From Sulfurimonadaceae bacterium (GTDB taxonomy: Bacteria > Campylobacterota > Campylobacteria > Campylobacterales > Sulfurimonadaceae), in assembly GCA_041562555.1 (NCBI GenBank), contig JBFEXS010000064.1, positions 1 to 13,145 of the forward strand: a DNA stretch of 13,145 nt, in the 5' to 3' direction. A program made the position numbers and the translations under genes. The notes under the pieces were generated by a model that saw nothing but the letters and a program-made list of their open reading frames with translations, did not search any database and had not been told where the DNA came from. How positions within the stretch are numbered: position 1 is the first letter of the stretch; every line of letters starts with the position of its first letter. Positions 1-7,428 of this stretch are shown here, in pieces.

Positions 1-507
1 CAAAATGGTGAGCATGTCATGATTGTTGGTGGTGGTGACACCGCTGGTGAGTATGCTTACGGTCTAGTTGAGATGGAAGGTATGGAAGATTGTGTAGTTA
101 CACTTAACTACCGCCAAGCAGAGATCAAAAGAATGAACCCGATCAACACTGAGATGTGTTACAAATACCTAGACAACGGTAAAATTTGCAACAAAATGGG
201 TGTAGACGTTGAGAGCCTTGAAGTATCTCCGGCTGGCAAAATCCAAGTTAACTTTACTGACGGAACTTCAGGTGAATATGACAGAGCTGTTTATGCACTT
301 GGTGGTACAACTCCAAAAGATATCCTTGTTAACTCTGGTGTTCAAACAGGTGAATGGGATGTTCCTGTGTATAATGAAGCAACATTTGAAACAAATGTTG
401 AAGGTCTGTACACTATCGGTGACGTTGTAACAGATCAAGGTTCGATCGCTCTAGCATTCAACCACGCTTCTGACGCTGTTAAAAACATCGCTAAAAACCT
501 AAAATAA
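1..507 (+). CDS. NAD(P)/FAD-dependent oxidoreductase, TrxB-like fold, FqrB-like (flavodoxin/ferredoxin:NADP(H) reductase); 5'-partial
   Basis: Frame is open from base 1 (QNGEHVMIVGGGDTAGEYA...), so the ATG at 19 is internal. Contains the NAD(P)H-binding motif GGGDTA, basic YR..KR residues and a C-terminal FAD motif TNVEGLYTIGD. Motifs TLNYR, MGVDVESLE, VNFTD, YALGGTTP and SIALAFNH resemble Helicobacter/Campylobacter FqrB as I recall it. Confidence 0.8.
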   Translation, partial: QNGEHVMIVGGGDTAGEYAYGLVEMEGMEDCVVTLNYRQAEIKRMNPINTEMCYKYLDNGKICNKMGVDVESLEVSPAGKIQVNFTDGTSGEYDRAVYALGGTTPKDILVNSGVQTGEWDVPVYNEATFETNVEGLYTIGDVVTDQGSIALAFNHASDAVKNIAKNLK

Positions 508-514
508 CTCTTTT

Positions 515-541
515 ATATCATGCTCATTTCGAGCATGATGT
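515..541. terminator. Hairpin between convergent genes, possible terminator
   Basis: ATCATGCTC(517-525)-ATTTC-GAGCATGAT(531-539) is a perfect 9-bp stem, extendable by a G-U and an A-U pair. It lies between the stops at 507(+) and 592(-). There is no classical U-tract on either strand. Confidence 0.55.
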
Positions 542-591
542 CCCCTAAATCTTTCTCACTTTACATTTACTTTATACTGCAAAGCCGGAGA

Positions 592-2889
592 TTAGCCAAT
601 CATCTCTTTTTGATGTATCTTCTTGAGATAAAAAGCCTGTTCTTGCTCTTGATGTTCAATCAGTCCCGCGATCTCTTTTTCACTTAACTTCAGACCGTCG
701 GGAACTTTTTCAGAATGCAGCTGAATCGCTGTTTGCTTATAGTTTGGTTCCCCTGATTTCGGACAGAAGGTCGAAGAGGTCAAGGTGTTGATCAGTTGTT
801 CACTAAAATGAAAAGGTACGAAGACATTTCCCGGTGCTACGCTCTGTGTCACCCGTACAACAACATCTTCTATACGTCCCCGTACTGAGGAGAGAGCGAT
901 CCGGTCACCCGAATTCACTTTCAGGCGTTGGGCATCGCTTGGGTTGATATCTACCCAAGCCTCGGGAGCAAGATCATTCAAGATATCGATGCTTTTTGTC
1001 TTGGTTCGTGTATGCCACTGTTCAACCGTACGCCCGGTATTCAAGATAACAGGAAACTCTGCTACTAAAGGCTCTTGTAATGGAACCCACTCTACCGGTA
1101 GAAGATTGGCTTTGGCATCCTTGGTTCGAAAAGGGATCTCTTCCGTATAGAGTCTAGGACTGCCTTCCGGATATTCCTCATTACATGGCCACTGTACGCC
1201 CCCTTTTTCTTCAAGCATCGCATACGTGATACCCGAATAGTCGCAGAACTGTCCCTTCGAGACCTTTTTCCATTCATTGAACGCATCTTCGGGTTTTTTC
1301 CAATTGGGAAAGAGGTTTTCCTGAATATTTTGGAAATACCCCGAGAACTCCACCACGATATCAAAATCACTCTTTGCCTCACCTGCCGGTTCTACAGCTT
1401 TATTCGCCCGGTTACAACGGCGTTCGGAGTTGGTATACACCCCCTCTTTCTCACCCCAGGTTCCCGCTGCAAAGACAACATCTGCCATCTCGGCTGTATC
1501 TGAATAAAAGGCATCCTGAACAACCAGCAGATCCAGTTTATCCAAGGCTGAACGCAACTTTTTCTGATTGACAAAACTGACCAAAGGATTGGTTGCGACG
1601 ATCCAAAGGGCTTTGATCTCTCCCCTGTCAATCGCATCAATGATCTCCGCATATTTGTACCCGCGTTCACGGGGTATCCATTCATAAGGAACCCTGACAA
1701 GATCAGCATACTCTTTGGCTGCTGCCTCATCCCCAAAGTTTCTGTACCCCGGTAAAGACGAAGTAAACCCTGTCTCACGAGTTCCCATAGCATTACATTG
1801 TCCAGTGATCGAGAAAGGTGCTGCACCCGGTCTACCGATTTGACCCGTGATCAGATGAAGATTATTGATGGCAGATACCGTATCTGTCCCCATGTAGGAT
1901 TGATTGACCCCCATTGTCCATGCCGTTAAAGCTGCATCCGCACCGGCAATGGAACGTGCGATCTCATACAGGTCTTTCACTTCAATGCCCGTGATATTTG
2001 CAACCTCCTGAGGAGGATAATCCTGTAGATGTCTTTGCAGTTCAGCAAAACCGTTACAATGCTTTGCAATATACTCAGCATTCTCCCATCCCTGCTCAAG
2101 GATGATATAACACAATCCATTGATCAGTGCCAGATCCGTTCTAGCTTTCACGGGAACATACATATCTGCCATCTGCGCCGTCTTAGACACACGCGGATCG
2201 ATCACGATGATCTTCGGATTTTTCTTGTTTTTGGCCAGATGCAGTTTTAATATCGGATGGTTGTCTGCAATATTTGCCCCGATCAAAGTGATCACATCTG
2301 CCTGCTCAAAGTCCTCATAACATCCCACCGGACCGTCCGATCCTAAGGACTGTTTATATCCCATAACGGCAGATGCCATACAGAGTGTTGTATTCCCGTC
2401 ATAATTGTTGGTGCGTAATCCAAGTTGTACAAACTTGCCCAGAGTATAGAACTCCTCTGTCAGTAATTGACCGGTGGAGATGACCCCGATAGCTTTTGGG
2501 CCATGTTCTTTCGTAATACGTTTGAACTCATTGCTTACCTTTCGGTAAGCTTCATCCCAGGATGCAGATCGGTGTTTCCCCTCATCTTTGATCAGTGGGG
2601 TCAAAATACGGTTGTCTGCGTTAATCATCTGATGCTCGCTCAATCCTTTTGGACAAAGAGTACCGATATTAACATCATGTTTCGGATTTCCTTTGGTGTA
2701 GACAGCTTTGCCATCTTTCACACCGATATACAGGCCACAGCCGACACCGCAATAACCACAGGTGGAAAAGACCCATTTATCCGGTTTTTTCTCATCCGAG
2801 ATGCGGCCAAAGACGGGATCATCTGAAAGCTTGTATTTTGCTTCTTTAATATCTACTCCGAGAAAATCTTTTATCTTATTAATCATCAT
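592..2889 (-). CDS. narB: Mo-bisPGD nitrate reductase catalytic subunit, NarB/NasA (assimilatory-type), cytoplasmic
   Basis: N-terminal [4Fe-4S] motif C44-x2-C47-x3-C51...C79-P-K81; STGQLLTEE; Mo-ligand segment GNTTLC170MASA; WTMGVNQS; GQCNAMGTRE; TNSERR; C-terminal LNTGR..QWHTRT. No twin-arginine leader. RBS AAGGAG lies just upstream, and the start is 2889 or 2886. Confidence 0.88.
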   Translation of the reverse strand: MMINKIKDFLGVDIKEAKYKLSDDPVFGRISDEKKPDKWVFSTCGYCGVGCGLYIGVKDGKAVYTKGNPKHDVNIGTLCPKGLSEHQMINADNRILTPLIKDEGKHRSASWDEAYRKVSNEFKRITKEHGPKAIGVISTGQLLTEEFYTLGKFVQLGLRTNNYDGNTTLCMASAVMGYKQSLGSDGPVGCYEDFEQADVITLIGANIADNHPILKLHLAKNKKNPKIIVIDPRVSKTAQMADMYVPVKARTDLALINGLCYIILEQGWENAEYIAKHCNGFAELQRHLQDYPPQEVANITGIEVKDLYEIARSIAGADAALTAWTMGVNQSYMGTDTVSAINNLHLITGQIGRPGAAPFSITGQCNAMGTRETGFTSSLPGYRNFGDEAAAKEYADLVRVPYEWIPRERGYKYAEIIDAIDRGEIKALWIVATNPLVSFVNQKKLRSALDKLDLLVVQDAFYSDTAEMADVVFAAGTWGEKEGVYTNSERRCNRANKAVEPAGEAKSDFDIVVEFSGYFQNIQENLFPNWKKPEDAFNEWKKVSKGQFCDYSGITYAMLEEKGGVQWPCNEEYPEGSPRLYTEEIPFRTKDAKANLLPVEWVPLQEPLVAEFPVILNTGRTVEQWHTRTKTKSIDILNDLAPEAWVDINPSDAQRLKVNSGDRIALSSVRGRIEDVVVRVTQSVAPGNVFVPFHFSEQLINTLTSSTFCPKSGEPNYKQTAIQLHSEKVPDGLKLSEKEIAGLIEHQEQEQAFYLKKIHQKEMIG

Positions 2890-2895
2890 CTCTCC

Positions 2896-4464
2896 TTAAT
2901 GTCTCTGTGAACCGACAAAAAATCCACCTGCCATATTCAGGGGAACGACTGTCGCATAAAACAGGAATCTGTCCATAAACTCTGACAGACTCATCATAAG
3001 CAAGGCCACTGCCAATAGTGGAATAGCCAAGGGACTAGAAATCATAACAGTGACGAGTAAAGGAAGCAACAGTGCTCCAAACACAAAACTTCCTATTCGA
3101 AGTTTTTGGTGTACGCCAAAGAAAGTTTCATAGATCTCCTCTGTCTTTGTCAACTGGGCAGTGTACACCCCACTTGTACCTAATCCTTTCTTATCCTCAT
3201 AACTAAAAAACCCCTGTGTCAGTGCAAAAAGCAGCGCCAGACTCATCAATGGCGACGCAGCCTCATATTCACCCTGCAGTAAAAGGACAAAGGACAACAG
3301 AAACAATCCGATATACGAGACCCCGAAAAACTTCAATAATGTCGTCTTGCGATTCCATGACGGACGTGCTTCGATCTGATAGATCATCCCCTGTGCATAG
3401 ATGCCGTAAGCACCTACGCCCAAAGTCAATGCTTCAAAAAAGACCCGTCCATACACGGTGAACTCAAACAGGTATAAAAGGATATTCAAAGACATAAGTC
3501 CGGTGAAGAGACCAAGAGCCAGGGCTTCACGACTTAACCATGAGGTCTTGATGTTCTTCATTGCCGTCATCGCCTTTAGGGGACGGCCCAAGTGTAATGC
3601 GGAGAGCGGAAGTCCAAGTGCTGCCGGTAACATTGCTATCAACGCCATGATCCATGTAGGTTCGTTGCGGCCACTGATGCTCAGTAGGTCTCCCAAAAAG
3701 AGTGCCAAAAATGCCCCTAGCGATATCTGGGTAAGAACGGTCATAAAGACAAGAGGCATCTCGGAGTGAGCCGGTTTCAAATGATGCGCATCTGCTGCTA
3801 TCATCTCTTCAGGCAACTTGTCAGGAAGCGTATATCGGGTAGTCGCATTCGTGACTCTTGCATCGACCAGATGAGGCATATTTCCCTGTTCGTCGATCGC
3901 ACCCTCTAACCACTCTTTTGGCTTGAACACCTCGATCTCAATCGCACCCGACGGACAGGCCTGGACGCAGGCCGGGGACTGTCCGATATCTAGACGTTCA
4001 TGACACATATGACACTTGGTAACAATATGCCTTTCCTCATGGAAGGTAGGAACCCCGTATGGACAGTTCCATGTACAATACTGACATCCGATACATGAGA
4101 GATCATCATGTATGACGATCCCGGTCTCTTCGATCTTGATATAGGAGTTTGTCGGACAACCGATCAGACAAGCCGGATCAATACAGTGGTTGCACGACAT
4201 CGAATTAAAGAGTTGACTGACCTGGGGAAAGACACCTCCCTCACTCTCTCCTACACGTCGCCATTTAATATCCAAAGGATTATTGTTTTGCTCGTTACAG
4301 GCAACTTCACAACAACGACATCCGACACAGGCAGTCGCATCAAAGTGGAAACGATAGTTCTCATCCTCCTGCAGTTCAGGTAAATCGATGCTGTAATTTC
4401 CACACTGCATTCCCGTCTGTGCTTTATAGTCGATAAATTGTTCCAATGGGGTTGCCGTGCTCAT
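2896..4464 (-). CDS. Fusion of DmsB/NrfC-type four-cluster Fe-S protein and DmsC/YnfH-type membrane anchor
   Basis: Four Cys groups (C46/49/52/56, C91/94/99/103, C124/127/130/134, C151/154/166/170). From about aa 233 it is DmsC-like: HSEMPLVFMTVLTQ, SALH291LGRP, SWLSRE313, terminal E..DRFLFY, about 8 hydrophobic helices. RBS AAGGAG at 4474-4469. Its stop TAA overlaps the narB RBS (TAAGGAG). Confidence 0.88.
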   Translation of the reverse strand: MSTATPLEQFIDYKAQTGMQCGNYSIDLPELQEDENYRFHFDATACVGCRCCEVACNEQNNNPLDIKWRRVGESEGGVFPQVSQLFNSMSCNHCIDPACLIGCPTNSYIKIEETGIVIHDDLSCIGCQYCTWNCPYGVPTFHEERHIVTKCHMCHERLDIGQSPACVQACPSGAIEIEVFKPKEWLEGAIDEQGNMPHLVDARVTNATTRYTLPDKLPEEMIAADAHHLKPAHSEMPLVFMTVLTQISLGAFLALFLGDLLSISGRNEPTWIMALIAMLPAALGLPLSALHLGRPLKAMTAMKNIKTSWLSREALALGLFTGLMSLNILLYLFEFTVYGRVFFEALTLGVGAYGIYAQGMIYQIEARPSWNRKTTLLKFFGVSYIGLFLLSFVLLLQGEYEAASPLMSLALLFALTQGFFSYEDKKGLGTSGVYTAQLTKTEEIYETFFGVHQKLRIGSFVFGALLLPLLVTVMISSPLAIPLLAVALLMMSLSEFMDRFLFYATVVPLNMAGGFFVGSQRH

Positions 4465-4495
4465 GACACTCCTTATAATTCTTAAACTATTATTA

Positions 4496-4506
4496 GCGAA
4501 ATTATA
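4496..4506 (-). promoter_or_regulatory. Putative sigma70 -10 element for the FeS/anchor-narB operon
   Basis: Minus strand reads TATAAT-TTCGC, with a perfect -10 hexamer at 4506-4501, 36 nt upstream of the start codon. The same 11-mer occurs at the narK promoter. Confidence 0.65.
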
Positions 4507-4532
4507 TCCGAATAGAAAAAAAGCAGAAAAAA

Positions 4533-4557
4533 GAAATGATTACTTTTTAATCATTTC
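4533..4557. promoter_or_regulatory. Palindromic operator, core TGATT-N7-AATCA
   Basis: GAAATGATTA-CTTTT-TAATCATTTC is a perfect 10-bp inverted repeat. The core (4537-4553) lies 30 nt upstream of the minus-strand -10. Confidence 0.65.
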
Positions 4558-4646
4558 ATATAAGTCATGATATTCCTCTTGTTATATAACTAAATTCATT
4601 TATCTTCCTAAATAAAATCATCACTTGGAGTGACAAGATGGGGTGT

Positions 4647-4663
4647 TGGTTGTTTTTTAATCA
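4647..4663. promoter_or_regulatory. Second copy of the operator, TGGTT-N7-AATCA
   Basis: TGGTTGTTTTTTAATCA matches TGATTACTTTTTAATCA at 14 of 17 positions and lies 31 nt upstream of the narK -10. Confidence 0.6.
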
Positions 4664-4694
4664 CAATACTGTCTACTATCTGTTTTTCATACCC

Positions 4695-4705
4695 TATAAT
4701 TTCGC
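4695..4705 (+). promoter_or_regulatory. Putative sigma70 -10 element of narK
   Basis: TATAAT(4695-4700)-TTCGC, followed by RBS AGGAG (4719-4723) and ATG at 4730. Confidence 0.65.
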
Positions 4706-4729
4706 CAACAAACTGTTTAGGAGAACACA

Positions 4730-6010
4730 ATGGCAGGTTTGAAAGCATTAAAAGGTGAAGGTCATTGGCCGACACTGTTAGCAGCTTTTTTATATTTCGA
4801 TTTTAGTTTTATGGTGTGGACCATGTTGGGACCACTTTCTACAGAGATCTCTGAGTCGCTCGCAGCAACAGGTTTTATCATTTCTGCAGGGCAAAAAGCG
4901 ACCCTGCTCTCATTACCGATTCTAGCTGGAGCATTGCTAAGAATCTTACTTGGATTTGGTGTCGATAAGTTTGGTGCGAAGAAGACGGCACTTATATCCC
5001 AGGCGGTTGTTATTTCCGCACTTTTTTTTGCCTACTTTCAGGGTGAGCATATCACCTATTCACAACTACTGGTAGTAGCCCTTGGTCTTGGATTTGCAGG
5101 TGCTTCATTCGCAGTTGCCCTTCCACAGGCCGGTCAATGGTATCCGCCAAAGCTTCAAGGTGTCGTCTTGGGAATTGCAGGTGCCGGTAATATTGGTGTC
5201 GTGATCGACTTTTTGTTCGCTCCGAAGATTGCTGAGCATTGGGGATGGCAATCAGTCTTCCTGGTTGGTGCGGTGCTTTCTACTATCATTTTCGTGACCT
5301 ATATTTTCATGGCAAAAGATGCCCCGGAGAGCGTTTATAAATCAAACCCGAAATCTTTGAAGGATTACGCTAAATTGCTTAAAGACAAAGATACGTGGTG
5401 GTTCAACCTCTTTTATGCGATCAGCTTCGGCGGGTTTGTCGGTTTTGCAGGATATATGAAAGTGTACCTGATGAACACCTATGCACCAGAAATGGCAGAG
5501 TATGGTCTGTCATGGCTAGCCGAAGAGAATGTTAAGGTCATGGCAGGATATTTTGGCGCGCTCTGTATCTTTGCCGGTGCAGTACTCCGTCCGGTTGGCG
5601 GTGCGATCGCGGATAAGATGGGTGGTGTAAAATCTCTCTATATCTTTTTTGGAATGGTAGCGACCCTGGCTGTGATCAACGCACTGGTTGAACTTCCGTT
5701 TGCAGCAGCTATCCTCGTGCTTTTCCTGATCATGGCAAACCTTGGTATGGCAAATGGTGCAGTATTCCAACTTGTACCACAGCGTTTTGGAAAAGACATC
5801 GGTATCATGACCGGTATCATCGGTGCAGCAGGCGGTCTTGGCGGTACGGCACTGATCAAGACACTGGGTTGGTCAAAAGGTGCCTTTGACGGATATACAG
5901 CAGGTTTCCTGATTTTTGCCGGTGTCGTTTTTGTGGCGATCGCAGGGATCTCATTTGTCAAAACACGTTGGAGAACAACATGGGGTGCAGCAGCGGGTGG
6001 ACGTATCTAG
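4730..6010 (+). CDS. narK: MFS nitrate/nitrite transporter, NarK/NasA (NNP) family
   Basis: About 12 hydrophobic segments; conserved substrate Arg in ALLRILLG and AVLRPVGG; nitrate-signature segments GFAGASFAVALPQAGQWYP...GIAGAGN and GMANGAVFQLVPQRF...GIIGAAGGLGG. Divergent from narB. Confidence 0.92.
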   Translation: MAGLKALKGEGHWPTLLAAFLYFDFSFMVWTMLGPLSTEISESLAATGFIISAGQKATLLSLPILAGALLRILLGFGVDKFGAKKTALISQAVVISALFFAYFQGEHITYSQLLVVALGLGFAGASFAVALPQAGQWYPPKLQGVVLGIAGAGNIGVVIDFLFAPKIAEHWGWQSVFLVGAVLSTIIFVTYIFMAKDAPESVYKSNPKSLKDYAKLLKDKDTWWFNLFYAISFGGFVGFAGYMKVYLMNTYAPEMAEYGLSWLAEENVKVMAGYFGALCIFAGAVLRPVGGAIADKMGGVKSLYIFFGMVATLAVINALVELPFAAAILVLFLIMANLGMANGAVFQLVPQRFGKDIGIMTGIIGAAGGLGGTALIKTLGWSKGAFDGYTAGFLIFAGVVFVAIAGISFVKTRWRTTWGAAAGGRI

Positions 6011-6087
6011 TCCACCACTCCACCCATGGTATTGAGCCTATCTTCGAACATCTTCTTTCCTTTTAGTCATCGATTCAACATAAGTAT

Positions 6088-6115
6088 TGTGATTAGATCA
6101 CATTTAAGCTAGAAT
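6088..6115 (+). promoter_or_regulatory. Putative promoter of the diguanylate cyclase with an adjacent palindrome
   Basis: gcTAGAAT -10 at 6110-6115, preceded by TTTAA. Inverted repeat TGTGAT-TAG-ATCACA at 6088-6102. RBS GGAG at 6141-6144. Confidence 0.45.
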
Positions 6116-6150
6116 GACTGTATAGAACTATATTTACTCTGGAGTTTTCC

Positions 6151-7413
6151 ATGAAAAAACTACTTATCGTCGATGATAGTGAAACAGTACTGAATATTTT
6201 CAAAGATGCACTCAAAAACGCTCCTGAGATTGAGGCACTGTATGCTGAAAGTTACAATGAGGCGATGCGTATCATACGTTTAAACCCCGATCAGATTCAT
6301 GCGGCCATTCTTGATTACAATCTTCCCGATGCCCCAAAAGGGGAGGTCATCGCACTGGCAAATTCCAATAACATCCCTACCGTCGTTTTGACCGGCAGCC
6401 TGAACAAAGACACCCGGAACATCATCTTAAAAAAGAATGTCATTGATTTTATCCTTAAAAATGATCCGAACAGCATCCGTTCTGCGCTGGATTCAGCCAA
6501 TAAAGCACTTAAAAACTATGATACCACCGTTCTTATTGCCGATGACTCCAAACTGTCGCGTGAACTGATCAAGATGAGTCTGGAAACCATTCATCTCAAC
6601 ATCATGGAAGCCACCAACGGACAAGAAGCACTGGACCTCGTATTAAGCGATGAACATAATATCTCTTTACTCATCACCGATTATGAGATGCCCGAGATAG
6701 ACGGTTTGGACCTTACCTTCACACTTCGGGAGAAGTTTTCAAAAGCCCAGCTTGGTATCATCGCCATGAGCGGTGCTGAGGACGAAGAGACCATCTCTAA
6801 ATTTCTCAAACTCGGGGCGAATGATTTTGTTCATAAACCTCCCGTTCCCAATGAGATTATTACGACGGTCAATGCGAATCTGGAGCTTCTAAGTCTTTTT
6901 GAACAAGTTCAGGAGCTGGCAAACAAGGACTTTTTGACAGGAGCCTATAATCGACGCCATTTCTTTGACACCGGTGAAGCCATATTTTTGAAAGCGAAAC
7001 GTAAAGACCTTCCTTTATCCGTGGCAATGCTGGATATTGATAAATTTAAAATCATCAATGATACCTATGGACATGACGTGGGAGATATAGCGATCAAGGA
7101 GGTAAAGACGATTTTGGAGACAACCCTCAGACGTTCTGACCTGTTTGCACGTTTCGGAGGAGAAGAGTTCTGTATCCTGCTGGAGGGGGTCTCTCTTGAA
7201 GACGTTCAAATGCTCTTCGAAAAGATACGCACCAAGTTTGAAAAGAACACAATCCATACGAAGGACACATCTGTCTCCTATACTGTTTCTATAGGTGTCG
7301 TCTATGGTATGGCAGACTCTCTCGAGGCTTTGGTTAATTTATCCGATGAAGCACTCTATTTTGCAAAAGAACATGGTCGAAACCAGGTCAAGATCAATAC
7401 CCATACTATTTAA
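6151..7413 (+). CDS. Response-regulator diguanylate cyclase (REC-REC-GGDEF, PleD-like architecture)
   Basis: REC1: IVDD, D55, T81, K103. REC2: IADD, D177, S207, K229-P. GGDEF domain: DFLTGAYNRR, DIDKFKIINDTYGHDVGD, I-site RRSD five residues before GGEEF, and ALYFAKEHGRN. Confidence 0.93.
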   Translation: MKKLLIVDDSETVLNIFKDALKNAPEIEALYAESYNEAMRIIRLNPDQIHAAILDYNLPDAPKGEVIALANSNNIPTVVLTGSLNKDTRNIILKKNVIDFILKNDPNSIRSALDSANKALKNYDTTVLIADDSKLSRELIKMSLETIHLNIMEATNGQEALDLVLSDEHNISLLITDYEMPEIDGLDLTFTLREKFSKAQLGIIAMSGAEDEETISKFLKLGANDFVHKPPVPNEIITTVNANLELLSLFEQVQELANKDFLTGAYNRRHFFDTGEAIFLKAKRKDLPLSVAMLDIDKFKIINDTYGHDVGDIAIKEVKTILETTLRRSDLFARFGGEEFCILLEGVSLEDVQMLFEKIRTKFEKNTIHTKDTSVSYTVSIGVVYGMADSLEALVNLSDEALYFAKEHGRNQVKINTHTI

Positions 7414-7428
7414 TAAACAAGGAAAAAT

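Noticed and set aside
4255..4263. WRR in the Fe-S protein as a Tat motif
   Set aside because: It lies at aa 68-70, after the first Cys group, with no following hydrophobic stretch. It is the usual internal motif of DmsB/NrfC-type proteins.
592..4464. Annotation as DMSO reductase, formate dehydrogenase or NapA
   Set aside because: The catalytic motifs (LCMASA, WTMGVNQ, NAMG.RE), the absence of a Tat leader and the adjacent narK favour a NarB/NasA-type enzyme. There is no Cys/Sec-His pair as in FDH.
4581..4590. GTTATATAAC palindrome as a ModE (molybdate) box
   Set aside because: It resembles one half-site only. The second TATATA arm at the expected spacing is absent and the region is very AT-rich.
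4621..4633. TCACT-TGG-AGTGA small inverted repeat
   Set aside because: Only 5-bp arms and a single copy, so it cannot be distinguished from chance.
4465..4729. NasT/NasR ANTAR antitermination leader or sigma54 promoter
   Set aside because: Predicted leaders are only about 23-30 nt with no twin hairpins or terminator, and I saw no convincing GG-N10-GC element in a suitable position.
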